A stretch of DNA of 56,461 bases, the filler included, from Sphacelaria rigidula (Eukaryota): NCBI GenBank assembly GCA_964200075.2. It is 7 parts of 7 records of this genome, joined end to end, with 100 filler letters (N's around TTAATTAATTAA, not from the genome) between each part and the next. Parts side by side here need not be neighbours in the genome. Positions count along the whole stretch, not along the records: positions 8,082 to 16,062 come from CAXNAA020012752.1; positions 16,163 to 24,143 come from CAXNAA020012753.1; 5 more parts are not named here. The stretch is one strand, 5' to 3'. Position numbers and translations under genes: made by a program. The notes beneath the pieces are model-generated. The model did not search any database, was not told the DNA's origin, and saw only the letters and a list, made by a program, of their open reading frames with translations. This document shows positions 11,286-23,088 of the stretch, piece by piece; the first letter of the stretch is position 1, and every line of letters starts with the position of its first letter.

Positions 11286-13479
11286 GAGAAACTACGATCA
11301 GAAAATATTCCATATTTACCTAAAGCTATGAGTACGCTCGCTACGTCCAATGATGGCTGCTACCAAGCTCTATATTTGCGATGGCAGGGCATCAGCCATA
11401 GTGTAGTAGTGTGCAGTGTAAGGTCTGGCGATTCAGTGGATTTTGGTTCTGAATATGCAAAATGGAACATGACTTTTGAGTATGTCGAAGAGTTACTTGC
11501 CTCATCAACACCTTTGGGAAAATATCCATCTCCAGTTTATGCGTCATGGTTCCTGGAATGTCACCAAGGCTCTTTTCGGGCATACATACAGAGTTTATCA
11601 CTACCTCTGAACAAAATTCTCCAAGATTGGAAGCCTTTTCCGGTTTCATTGAAGGTTACCTCGTCTCCTTGTTAGGAGGGGTCGTTATATGCGTGACACT
11701 AAATCATGCGCAACACTCGTCGTATTTTGCTGTGCTTGTTGAAACGTCGCTCCGCATTATATACATCACAGCCGCCTCGTGGTTCACAAGCGAAGTTTAC
11801 CCTACATTATTTAGGGATTTCTGCTGAAATCCCTGGCTTCGGTATTGCGTGACTAGTAGCTTGTTCAGAGATGGACTCATTCAGAATGAAAAATGAAACA
11901 TAAATAAATGTAACGGAAAGATCGCTTTCATGCGATTCTGAGCTCCTGACCGTGAGTTGCTGTTCCTGTTGCAAGAGGTGTCTTCCCCCACCAAGCATAC
12001 TCTGACATTACTCTCAGCTCCTCCTCTCTCTCCTGGACTATACTGCAGCTTAGATACAACACGTGGGCGACAACATGAAAAGCAAGCATGCCGCAGGAGG
12101 ATCAGCTGGATGGATCATCTTTGTGGTGTGCCTCTCCATGGCGATCACTGTGGAGGCAAGCATAAGGTGAGTCTACACATAGAACCCTGCCGGACCAAAA
12201 CAGGCGTCAGTATAGCCATGCTCACAGCTCTCATTACCGCTGCAAACGCATCTATTTTGTGTAGTAGAGGGCATCAGATGCTGAGAGAGAAGTGCTGCAT
12301 CGAAGTCATATAGCGGTGGTGGCTTGTCCGCCGTTGCTACGAAGTAGACGATCTCAGTGCCGCTGGGAGCTGCCCCCACGCCCCCCCCCCCCCCCGCCCC
12401 GCCGCCCCCCCCGCCGCCCCCCACCCCCGGGTTCTCGTTTGTCAGNNNNNNNNNNAAGGTCGATGCGCGGAGGGGGTCTACCGCCCCCGCTAAGAGGGAA
12501 GAAGATCTCTTCCCCGCGGGCGCTGCCCCCCCCCCCCCCCCCCCGTATCATTTGTCGCCTCTGACTCTCTGCTCTGCTGCACATGTGATCCAGGTATAAT
12601 ACTGTTGTGCTGTCGTGACGAGCACACCAGCGTGCCTGCCATGCTACTGTACAACAAGTACTTTTGAGCAACCTCTGAGCTGCTACGTCCTGGGAAAAGA
12701 TATATTACATCAGCGCGGCACAGAGACAATGTACCTCCTCCATGGAGTGGTAAATGGCGACTGTTTCCTACCGTGTGGACACAACAAGGCCGCTGGTACA
12801 GGATACAAGCCAAGTCAGAACAGAGCAGCACAAGGTTTTCCACCTCCGCTAATCGCGCTCACACGGACGCGAGCGAAATGATCACGGTGTCATGTTAACG
12901 AAATCCCAGTGGTTATTATGCCATCTTCGCATATGATGGCCCCAGGGGGGTTCGGTTCTCTCTATTATATTCTCGTTCTTGGCCGATTTTGTTTTGGTCA
13001 AAGACAAGCCAGGATCAGTGTCCAAAATCAGCAGGTTGATTGATTGTTGGGTGGGTTTATGGTTGCGGCGACTAATCAACATGCTGTTTATGGACGCTTG
13101 ATCCGTTTCCCGCTTTTTTATTTTGGTCTCGTGATGACACGGCCCGCAGTAGAGACATGGGAAGCTGGCGGTTCCAAGAGCTAGGATAACCCTTTCGGGT
13201 CACTTGCAGGAGTTCTGCGAGCTTTCATGCACCCTAAACTCTACAGGCCCTTCAACAGTGCTCTAGGCCTGTCGCCCCTGGATCTTTGCGGTAGTTTTTA
13301 GCGTATTCGCGGCACATGTATGCGGTTTCCCCTCAGCGTGCTACGAAAATCCTCAAGTTTTTGGCTCTTGCAGTCTATCATAAACATGACTGGCAATGTT
13401 TACAGCAGCAGGTCGTGTGAATTCAGCACACTACCCGTCTGCTCGGTACCTTATATACCCATGCAGTATAGGGCGGATG

Positions 13480-14238
13480 CCGCGGTATAGCCCCCCCCTC
13501 AGAAAAGTGTAACGGGGAGCGAGTCAAAATCTTTATGTGAGATGTGTGCAGTAGAAACGGTTTCTCAAATGAACTGTACAGAGCGTTATCCTACAACATG
13601 TTCGTGAGATGAGGAATTGCTTTTTTTGCGGAATGGGAGGTTTTTCGTGATTTACAACAACAAGACGGTCGAATCGTCCGAAACGGCCGTCACTCCTCTG
13701 AAAGACCGTGGTCTGGCGGGAATTTTGGTGCAAAAAGATTTATAATCGGCGCGGTCAAGGTAGAGTCATGAGAAAAAAATATGTCGAAACGAAAAGTAAA
13801 CACTTTGCGCATTTCCGGCCGTATCTCATGGAAAGCGTCACCGATTTCAAATCCGATTGCGCCAAAATTTTCCGTCATATCAAGGGCTTTGAGGGGGGTG
13901 ACGGCCGTTTCGGACGAATATACCGTCGTGAGGTAAATCACGAAAAAAAACTCCTGTTCTGAAAAACAAAATCCGTTCCTAATTTTACGAACATGCCGTT
14001 GTTCATCAAAATGGGATTTAAGAAGTGGTTTGTGAAAATCAGCATATATATGCATATTCAAAATCGTGTTCAGATCTGGTTTCTCGAACAAGTTACTCGT
14101 AGCTGCCTTCTTCATAGTGAATTCCAAGACCTACCTGGTTTCTGAAACCACCCATGATCTCGATGTGCGGAATCGCTGTTTCTTCATCACAGCTTTTGGC
14201 CATTTTCGGGGGGGGCATTTATCGGGGGGCTATCGCGG
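13480..14238. mobile_element. TIR element (MITE-like, probable TA target) with internal inverted repeats
   Basis: Termini ccgcggtatagccccccc / ggggggctatcgcgg(ta); internal inverted pair ~13640-13708 and ~13883-13953. Confidence 0.7.
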
Positions 14239-14491
14239 TATCTCTCATATAACAAATTTGCGCCTATGTAGCACCGCACCACACCGACCACATGACATGT
14301 ATGTAGAAAGGCGACGATTGACTGCATGGGCTGCCGCATGTACATCAGCCTCTACAGAGCACACAGCGGTAAGAACACGCATGAAGTCGAACACTGCTGC
14401 CTGAGACGTAATCAGTATTCTCGCCACCTTTGTCGCACCATACAATTCCGTACCAAAAACTGCCCTTTTTATTTTGTTGTGATTGATGCTA

Positions 14492-14704
14492 CGGTGGGGG
14501 TACACAAATGTTTTCCGAGGTTTGAATTGTTAGGAGCCCTTTATCCCATCCAAAACACGACTTACGAACATACTATTCCAATTTGCTGGGGATATCCGAA
14601 TAAATCTGCAAACGGGGATGCCCTGACCCTTATTCTTGTGCGTCTATAATCGTTTGGAGCTCCTGAATCAAACAAAACTTTGCGAGAAAAGTGCACCCCT
14701 ACCG
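14492..14704. mobile_element. Tc1/mariner-type MITE, TA TSD
   Basis: ta|cggtgggggtacac ... gtgcacccctaccg|ta; inferred target site atgcTAgcat is palindromic. Confidence 0.75.
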
Positions 14705-14899
14705 TAGCATTGCTCTTGTTCTTGATCGAACACGACGTACGGTTCAGGAGGGCTCCAACTCTCTAACTACCCGACCGACGACCCCACCAATGAATCGCAG
14801 TGCTCCTGCACCTAGCTGACGGGTATCAAAGTTCGAATAAAAACATGAGATAATAACTTGCTTGATAAACGAGATTGAAAACAGGATACACGTTTAGCG

Positions 14900-15700
14900 C
14901 TCTAGTACCATTTTACCGCTGCGTGTCCCGCTATGATAGCAAAATAATCACCAACACCCAAACATCCTCGTTTCAGCATGTCTACCTGGACAGCAGTCGT
15001 GCATTGCGATGACCGTGCTGACACCATCAAAGGGACACCGAGGACAACGATCACACCGATACGCATTTCCCCAACGTGCTGACCAGGTCCGCACTCCGTA
15101 GCGTCGGAGAACACGTAAACGATGTTTCGGGGGCGATTGGGAGAGAGTGGATGATCTCCACTGCTGGGGGACACAAAGGTGCGCGCTTTTCACCCATCAG
15201 ATTAATCACCGAAGGCTGGGACAAGCGAACACAACCCTCATCCCACCACGTGCTAGCCAGCGTGCGTCTGCCCACAGTCTTCGTTGTTGCCCGTGTTCTA
15301 ACCCTTCATTGCGTTTTTGGTGTAATTGGCTTCACAACGTAACGAATGATCCATGAACTTCAGCTTGTGTCAACATCTCTGTACGACACATGTGTCGCCG
15401 GGCGAGCGTTGTAGACACGAAATCCGGCGAAGAGGTTGCTGGTTCCACTTAGAGACGGAGTCGGATCGTGTATGTGGTTGCGTGATCATGTTTGTCATAT
15501 TTTGCAGTCCCTCCCCCTCCGCATACTGTTGTGCGAAGGGTATGGAAGACTTCATAAGTAACTCCTCGACAAACGGTGTGATTTCTCGTGCATTCGACCG
15601 TCAGCCATAATCTCGCGATTGCACTGAACACAGTCGTACCAGCCTCCAACTATCCAATCGGCGCACGGGTGCGATCCCTGATACACCCCCCGCCCTTTCT
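14900..15700 (-). mobile_element. Possible highly decayed LTR-retrotransposon RT/RNase H remnant
   Basis: Weak motif echoes in the expected order: GTTVFSAI, IPFAQQYA..LQNMTNMI, VYVFSDATECG. Confidence 0.3.
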
Positions 15701-15809
15701 TCCACCTTTAACCATATTTTATCAAGGGTTGGTGTCGTTTGGCAAAGACGCTGTACAACTCCGCAATCAGGCTACCGTTTGTTTGTCTCGCGTTTGATCA
15801 CAGGACTCA

Positions 15810-15925
15810 TGATGGTGGTCGAGTCAGACCATATTCTTCGGGTGGAGAATCTCAACTCCGCGCAAAGGCGATGACCGTACCACATGAAATGTGAATGGTG
15901 GGACACCCATAAGGCAGTGTAACCC
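15810..15925 (+). repeat. Dispersed repeat shared with 31832-31942
   Basis: gggtggagaatctcaactccgcgcaaaggcgatgaccgta vs gggtggagaatccaaactccgagcaaaggcaatgatcgta. Confidence 0.7.
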
Positions 15926-16062
15926 GCACCTAACTGTTGCTAGCGTGGCGCATAGGCAATCTACAGCACACGGTGGTCGCGTGGACAGCTCGGTACAGTA
16001 GGTCACCACCATAGGTATCGTTTTTCACTCCGCATGTCAAAAAAGTCTCCACAAGTGTTGGA

Positions 16063-16162
16063 NNNNNNNNNNNNNNNNNNNNNNNNNNNNNNNNNNNNNN
16101 NNNNNNTTAATTAATTAANNNNNNNNNNNNNNNNNNNNNNNNNNNNNNNNNNNNNNNNNNNN
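16063..16162. other. Artificial contig-joining spacer
   Basis: N44-TTAATTAATTAA-N44. Confidence 0.97.
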
Positions 16163-16540
16163 TCATCTTGGAGTTAAACCTCAATTCGCACAATTTGTTG
16201 TTTTGACCTAAATTCATGACAAATTACTTTCTTATGGACGGCCTCATTCCTCCCGACCTCCCTAAAACTATTTCGGGGGATTTCTAGCCTTCTGTTCTCC
16301 CAAGGGGTATGTGCGAAAGTACGATTTTTGGGCCAAAAAGCGTCTTTTTTTCACCCCGAAATCGAGGCAAAAGTGTTTTCTCGCACATATCTCTTGGGGG
16401 AACGGAAGACTAGAAATCCCCCGAAATAGTTTAGGGGGAGGTCGGGAGGGGTGAGGTCGTCCATATGAAAGTCATTTGTCTTGAATTTAGTTCAGGGAAA
16501 GCACGGCTTTTGAGTTGAACCTCATTTTTTTTTCAACTCC
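16163..16540. mobile_element. Foldback/MITE with ~120-bp inverted arms
   Basis: 16206-16322 and 16375-16493 are reverse complements with scattered mismatches; the left end recurs at ~40424-40462. Confidence 0.8.
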
Positions 16541-16865
16541 ATTTTCGAGAATCCACCGTTACATGATCCTCTCTGTTGGAGGTACTGCGTGGCCTCTGCA
16601 GGACAAGAGTCACCTCGTCACCACGAGCGATCTACGACGAGCCCAGCGTGCTCTTCATCCATGTAGGCGCCTTCGGAAGCAACTGTCGGCAGACTCCGAG
16701 CGTGTGCTTCATCTTAGATCAGCACACGATCAGCACACCAATCGGCGCGTGTGTCCCAACGTATGACATAATAATGATGATGATAATTAGGAATTGCATC
16801 CAAGCCATCAGTCTCTTGGCTGCCACCATAGATGGGATAATAATACGATACGTCAGAGGTATACG

Positions 16866-16868
<3 letters not shown>

Positions 16869-16899
<31 letters not shown>

Positions 16900-16907
16900 T
16901 ATATATG
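16869..16907. repeat. (TA)n microsatellite
   Basis: Direct reading. Confidence 0.9.
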
Positions 16908-16953
16908 GAGCAAGTGATGATGCTTACATTCCACGGATCGAGACCATGATTTG

Positions 16954-17000
16954 TAGAGCTCGGAAATGGTATCATCAGTTATAACTGGCCATTATATATA
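16954..17000 (+). mobile_element. Truncated end of the TAGAGCTCGGAAA hAT MITE
   Basis: tagagctcggaaatggtatcatcagttataactggccatta matches the termini of copies 1 and 2. Confidence 0.7.
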
Positions 17001-17130
17001 ACCCAAAAGCCTTCAAATCGGGAAAAAGCGGTGGCAGATGGGAAGGGGGCGAAGCGACTCTCTCTTAGAACCATAATAACCCGAAAACCTTCAAATCGGG
17101 AGAAAACGGTGGCACATGGGAAGGGTGGGG
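16998..17130. repeat. Two-copy direct repeat (~77-bp period)
   Basis: ataacccaaaagccttcaaatcggg...ggtggcagatgggaaggg occurs twice. Confidence 0.8.
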
Positions 17131-17490
17131 AAGGGCGGCTCCTGCACTAATTTCCACACGTGTCACACTTGAAACTCTTTGTCCCGAAATTTGGAACCCA
17201 AATAATTATGTCATCTTTCGACCGCGGGTCTGAATGTAAGGGCTACTGTCATGATGAAACTGCTGGGGTGCTGCCTGAGCTGCTAATATAATACGGCAAA
17301 TACGTATCTGGCTTGGAAACAACCGTGAGAACTCCGTATTTTGCCTGACAAATGTATGACGCCTGGACGCTGTATGAGAAATCGGGGTACAATTTCGAGT
17401 GTGGAAAAATCCATAGTCGGGTTGGAAACAACTGTAAAAAATGTAGTATTTTTGCCCCCCCCAAAGGCGATCCCTACATATTCCGGAACA

Positions 17491-17800
17491 GCCCCTTTGA
17501 GCTAAATTTTCCTATCGCGATGGTATCGCGATAGGGAAAATTGGCTCGGATAGCATCGCGATACCATCGCGATAGAGAGAAATTGCATTTTTTCCTCGCG
17601 ATACTATTTGCCACAGGATCACACAGTTTCTTGCAACGACCACTGGCGACATTAGACTTTTTCACGAGGAATATGTAGGACAAGACAATTTACCTTAATT
17701 AGATTTTCTCTGGTCGTAAACGATGCTATCGCGATAGTATCGCGATGAAGAGGAATGGCTTTTTTTCTATCGCGATACCACTTTTAGGGTCAAATAGGCC
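17491..17800. mobile_element. MITE with clustered palindromic ATCGCGAT subterminal motifs
   Basis: Imperfect TIRs gcccctttgagctaaa / tttagggtcaaataggc; seven (t)atcgcgat(a) copies plus one degenerate copy, near both ends. Confidence 0.7.
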
Positions 17801-19329
17801 TAAATGGACAGTCCCAGAATATGTGGTATACTGCAAAAAGTCGGCCGTGAAGGGGCAGGGGTGTGTGCCCCCTGAAAGGAATGTTATCCGACCCCCTGCT
17901 TTTGATGCCGGTTATACGGGCGCCAGGTGTCGTTTCGGAACTACATCACGGGCTGACCTTTGACGCCACAGTTCAGAGTCATGCGACGATGGGGGGGGGG
18001 GGGGGGGGGTTTTTGCGCCCCTTTTTCGGCAGAACTTTCACCGAAATCTGTTGTTGGGGGGGCCTCGCGTTGTTTNNNNNNNNNNACCATCTCGGGGGGG
18101 GGTCTGTGGCGCACGAGGGTAGGGGGCAGGGGGGGGGGGGGGGGGGGGGGGGAGTATTTCGGGCCACTTCTTGCACGAAATTTCAACTCAAATCGTCGTT
18201 GAAGGCAGCAACGTGTTGTACGGTTGTTCGAACGAGCTTGTTATAGAGTTCTAGCCCTCATTCACACTGCTTAACACCGTTTTCAACCAAATACAAGTAC
18301 ACCGCGAGTGTGGCAGGTCGTCTGACACACCTGTGAGCCTCTGTTTTCATGCAATCAAATACCCCCCCCCCCCCCCCCCCCCCGCCGGATATTCCACCCC
18401 CCATCTTACCAGCCCCCCCCCCTTTCCGCCCCCGCCCCCCCTTCTCTTTTCTCGGTTCTTATCCGAGGATGAATCTTCAGCGCTTTAGCTCAGCAGCCCC
18501 CATCTGTGTGCGCATCATCCCTCATTACGATAGCGTGCATTCTGTGGTTCCGAAACTCTGATCCGTGTCTTGTTGCTCGTTGAAAGCACTTCTCATGGTT
18601 TTCCCAGTCGTCCAGGTGGGAGGGCAGCATTCGGACAAGATAGTCAAGCCACACACGTTCGTGCTGACATCCATGAGCTCACCATGTACTACCACTTCGC
18701 AACCCAAGCGTAACATGGCACGATCATCTGTTGTGTTCATCTGATCCTGTATAATATCTCTCGTGCTCGTGTCTTTTTCGTGAGGGGGCGGGCGCGCTTC
18801 CCGTCCGGCTCACTTTTGCGTTTTCATGTCTTCCACATCGTAGGGGTGAATTTTGATGTTGTAGGGGGTGAATTTTGATGTTATAAAACATATATTTTCT
18901 GCTTGCTTTTGCTCCTCAGAAAACCACTAGTACTATTATAACACTTTCTGCTCCTTTGTTTCGCGGGAAGCCATTCGTATATTTCTCTGGGTTCGGGTGC
19001 TCTCATGATAAACTGTCTGAACCCAGGTTCCTTTGGCACCCACCTCGAATTACCCCGACGAGGAGAGACGCCTTCGACGGGGCGACTTCCACCAGAGACG
19101 AATACACGGAATACACTGAGCAGTAATCGTAGCGCTCGGTACGCAAAAACTCAACACCAACACACCGATTCCCCATGCATATCGATCATGCTGTCGGTAA
19201 TTCCAGGATGTACCTCCGCTCCATTTTGTTACAAAGCCGAGACACACGACGAGGCCAGACTACGCACGGTTGCAGTTGAGCAAACCGGTCCGAGAAGTCG
19301 TGAATTACTATGATATCCAGATGTCACGT

Positions 19330-19419
19330 TCAGAAGCCGACTTTTTTCTTTGGCTTTCCCAACGCCTCTTTTTCCTTTGCTGCGTCCGCCAAGCTTTTCC
19401 CGAACCCGAGTGGCTTCCC
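19330..19419 (-). CDS. ribH: Lumazine synthase terminal exon (Lys-rich tail ...KKKVGF*)
   Basis: 90 nt; acceptor tgccgcag|, phase 0 matches the previous exon, ends in TGA. Assigned by splice signal and phase rather than by core-domain homology. Confidence 0.8.
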   Translation of the reverse strand, partial: GKPLGFGKSLADAAKEKEALGKPKKKVGF

Positions 19420-22400
19420 CTGCGGCATGTAAGAATGGGCATCAATAATGAAAACACGGCAACGAGCACGGCAAGGGATATGACCTTCAAGTCGGGTCGT
19501 CGCCCCTGGAATAAATACACTGAGCGGTACGGCACGATGGTGGTTGATTGATATTACACCGGAACGTCGTTCGAGCTACATACACTAGGCGTCTAATCTA
19601 CCGCCCTTCACGTGAACTAGTCGAAACCTATACGGGCGCACTTCACATCTGCCCACAGCAGCCGAGGAATGAAGTAGTGTTCGCGTGCGCGGGAAGCATT
19701 CTGAGTCTGCTTGGTATTGTCAAGATTCACGGCCTCGCGGCACTATTGACGTCAGTACTGTATGTAGCACAGTAACGTGTTTTTCCATAGAAACGAAGGG
19801 GGATGGGGGACAAAAACTAAAGAGGTTCATCGCGAGCGTCACCAATAAATCGTAATCTGCCCCGAAGAGTTCCGATATTTCAGCTTCTTCCGCAGTCCCC
19901 GATACTATATCATCGAAAACCCCGTCGGGAACATTCGAAATAGACCAACGAATTTAATCTCGCCGGCTTTCGACTGCTCGAGAGCTACAACCGCCATCTA
20001 AATATAACGGCAAGTTGAGCTGCAGCCGTACCCCACTGCTGTGTACCTAACTTCCAACAGCCGCATGTGCCACCATGTCGGCGCCGGCACAATCGCGCAT
20101 AGTCTCTAGAAACCGCCTCTTGCTCCGACAAACTGCACACGCGATACCCGATGCGAAGTGAAGTCTCGCTGAAGTACGTCTTGGGTGCGTCAGCGAGTGT
20201 AACAGATGCGCAAATTGCGTGTATTCCTTCCACACGAACTACGTAATCCGACGTTGAGAATAAGGCGAGCTATACGTACGTATATGGGTCCGCATGGCCG
20301 GTCCGGACAAAGAACTGTGCTCCATGGGTGAGAACTGACGCAAAGAAAACATTCGAGGAGGAGGGCAATCAGTACACTACATGAGTGTGAGAACGTCCTG
20401 ACTTACCGTGGTTACTGCTCCTGTTGCGCTCATGCGAAGGAGCGACATCTCAACAGCCGTCTTGCCTGCGAAACAGCAAGGGGAGCAGGGGGGGGGGGAG
20501 GGACTCATTTGTTGTTGTTGTTGCTTGCCTTTGGTGTTTGACCATTAACCACGCACCCCTTTCGAGACGGAGCACCGTTCATACCCCTGATAGAGACACC
20601 TCCAACATTTGGGCGCTCATTACGCTTCTTCTATACACAACACAAAACCCTGTTCACATATGTAATCCCCCTCCTATTTCGCCGTCTAAGGCCACCATTT
20701 ATCTCCTAGTATAGCTACTCGTATCGTTTCCTCGCTGCCGTCGATTGCACCAAACGATTTCATGCGACCTTCGTTTACTTCCCACATTTCCCCCTCCAAC
20801 ACATCCCGTCCCTCCCTGTATAGCTCACATCCGGCTACTGAATGAGTTATACTCTCTATTACTTCGCCACAGAAGCAAACCTGTACAGCAGGGGAGGGGA
20901 GGGGGGGGGCACATACGCCGTAGCCAGAGGATTATCCACGGAAGGCATTTGACGCAGCCACGATACCATCGACAGCTGAAAGCAATCATTTCACTTCATG
21001 ACCACCGGGAGGGGGCACAACCCTCCCCGTCGCTGACCAGCACCCACGCACAAGACAGTTGGACGTGGGAATGCAGTGGGCGCGGACATGATACACATCT
21101 TGTTCTGCCAAAATATCGAGATTCGCAGCGCTGAACGTAGTTCAAACCTACCACAAGCCGCACAGTGCAACTGCAACACATTCAGGGTCGCGTTCCACGC
21201 TCACCCCAATCTACCCCGTGATTGTTGTCTCCCGTGGAACGCTTGATCGCTTGCTTCTCGTCCAGGCAGGTCAGCACCCCCAAGATCACGGGGGTCGAGG
21301 TAAGAATAGAAACATCCATCAGCCCCTTGCAAGCTGCAAGAAACGCGACGAGCGCGGTGTGCGGAGAAAGACCAAATGCGGGCCAGAGTGAAAAATGGCA
21401 CGAAGTGCAACAGTCGAAGCGCGCGGTTTAGTGTAGTATATGGAAAACATCATGCATGCCCAGGAGTTGAACAACCCCCTCCCCCTCCCCCTTACAAAAC
21501 ACACACACACACACACACACACAGTCCGGCTAGGCCCAAGAGGTGTTTGAACCCGGGGGAAGTCGCGGTTTGGCTGAAAAACGCAACGTTTAGAGTATAA
21601 CCGCATGGGTGAATTTAGCAGCCCTTCTCCTGCTCATGAGAGCCCTTCTTCAAACACGACTCTCTCTCTTGTGCACCAGCTTCAACTGTAGAGTTGAAAT
21701 CCTGCTCGCTACTACCGTAGGGATGCTGTACAGGAGTCAACCGGTGCCAAAAACACACCAGACACCAAGCAGAATTGTGACACGCGTGCACTCACTTGCG
21801 TCCGCGATATATTCGAAGTGCATCGTGTCTCCCTAGCGGCGACCGCAGCAGCAGCAGCAGCAGCAGCAATATGTGCGCGCATGCATTCAGCAGCAGACGA
21901 TCCACCGTTGGTCGAGGGCAGCGTAAGGAACGACACGAAAAGGTGGCACGACGTAACTTTATTTCGGCGACGTACGTTCGATGGCAGTACTTCCGGTAAA
22001 TGTGGCGGAAACAGGCCAACGCGGTTTTGCGCTAGTGATTCCACCGTCTGGTTGAGCTTGGATCCCAGCATCACCGACAATACATGGTCTCCCAGTACGC
22101 GGCAACACAACATCTCCACCCTACAAAACAGAATTCAAGCATCGAAGACTCCGCCGGAACTTCGAAAACTTCGCCGGTATTTGCGGTTGTTTCTCACCTT
22201 CCGCAACACAGCGACTCCCGGCTGCTTGGCTACTCTCATCTGAGATACGTGTGACGCCCCATTTCTGGAACTGAAGGGAGACGAAATGCGTTTCCGTTCT
22301 CTTGATTGATTGATTGATTGTCGCACTTTAACTGACCCCCCCAGGGGTCCGGCCGTGATCTCATGATAGACACACCCAACAAAAACGAAAATGAAACACG

Positions 22401-23088
22401 CTCTGAAAAAGAGAAGGAACAGAAAAGTAGAAAAAAAAGGTAGAACAGAACGACATAGCAGACTAATTCGTGAAGAAAAAAAAAAGCAACAAAAAAAAGA
22501 TGGAAAAGGAAAAGGGGTTACGCGCCTCTTGAAATCACCACAACAGCCTTGATGTTGCCTCACCCAAAAAAAACAGGGGGCGAGGAAGGGGAAGGTACCG
22601 CACATCAAAGCAATTGAGCTAGAAGACGTGGGTAGAACTCAACAAGCAAGTTACAGAAGTGTGGAGGGTCTATTGCAGAACCCGGAGAGCAAGGACGTAT
22701 ACCAACTCCACATATCGGCTGAAGTTGACCGCGAGTCAGAAATAGGTTGAACTGCCGAGTCACCTAGGAAATAAAGAGAATATCACGACCCGGTGGGAAA
22801 TCATCAGGTCGCCTAACGAGCACCTCTGCGTGTTATGAGGTCGGTCCTGCAGCCACTGCACCAATTGAAAGGGCTTGTAGTTTTTTTCGACTAATAAAGA
22901 AATTTCGCTACTATCGACTCCGAGCGGCTCTTGACCCCTTCGTTCAAAACACGACATGTTCGATATCAAGAAAACTTCACACGTCGCTTGCACGGAACCG
23001 CCGTAGAGCTACGGGACGGGACCCCCTCACCTTGATGAGGCATCCTACGCACACGACAGCATCGACTGTCTGGGACAACGCCAGAAAT
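19330..23088 (-). CDS. ribH: 6,7-dimethyl-8-ribityllumazine synthase (lumazine synthase), 5'-partial spliced gene, 5 exons
   Basis: Exons 23088-23031, 21832-21796, 21333-21205, 20465-20407 and 19419-19330 have AG/GT boundaries and compatible phases. They splice to FLALSQTVDAVVCVGCLIK-GDTMHFEYIADA-TCKGLMDVSILTSTPVILGVLTCLDEKQAIKRSTGDNNHGVDW-GKTAVEMSLLRMSATGAVTT-GKPLGFGKSLADAAKEKEALGKPKKKVGF*. This carries the family motifs DAxxCxGxLIKGxTxHFEYI, PVIxGVLT and NHGxDWGxxAVEM. N-terminal exons were not found before the contig end. Confidence 0.95.
20407..20465 (-). CDS. ribH: Lumazine synthase exon (GKTAVEMSLLRMSATGAVTT)
   Basis: 59 nt; acceptor tttcgcag| and donor |gtaagt. Confidence 0.92.
20481..20617 (+). 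repeat. Dispersed repeat copy inside a ribH intron
   Basis: tgaccattaaccacgcacccctttcgagacggagcaccgtt matches 54931-54971 at all but one position. Confidence 0.8.
21205..21333 (-). CDS. ribH: Lumazine synthase exon (TCKGLMDV...NNHGVDW)
   Basis: 129 nt; acceptor ttgcag| and donor |gtgagc. Confidence 0.95.
21796..21832 (-). CDS. ribH: Lumazine synthase exon (GDTMHFEYIADA)
   Basis: 37 nt; acceptor gccgctag| and donor |gtgagt; contains the conserved active-site HF motif. Confidence 0.93.
23031..23088 (-). CDS. ribH: Lumazine synthase exon (FLALSQTVDAVVCVGCLIK)
   Basis: 58 nt; acceptor ccgaccag| and donor |gtgagg on the minus strand. Confidence 0.93.

Noticed and set aside
11016..11675. 219-aa ORF as a gene
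   Set aside because: Its first half is the antisense of a SINE and it has no recognisable domain.
21271..21300. Plus-strand mini-exon VSTPKITGVE followed by gtaaga
   Set aside because: It is the antisense of the real lumazine synthase exon.
21976..22120. Additional ribH exon on the minus strand (tag|...|gtacgt, 145 nt)
   Set aside because: It would interrupt the conserved LIK-GDTMHF motif and shift the frame; the flanking exons join perfectly without it.
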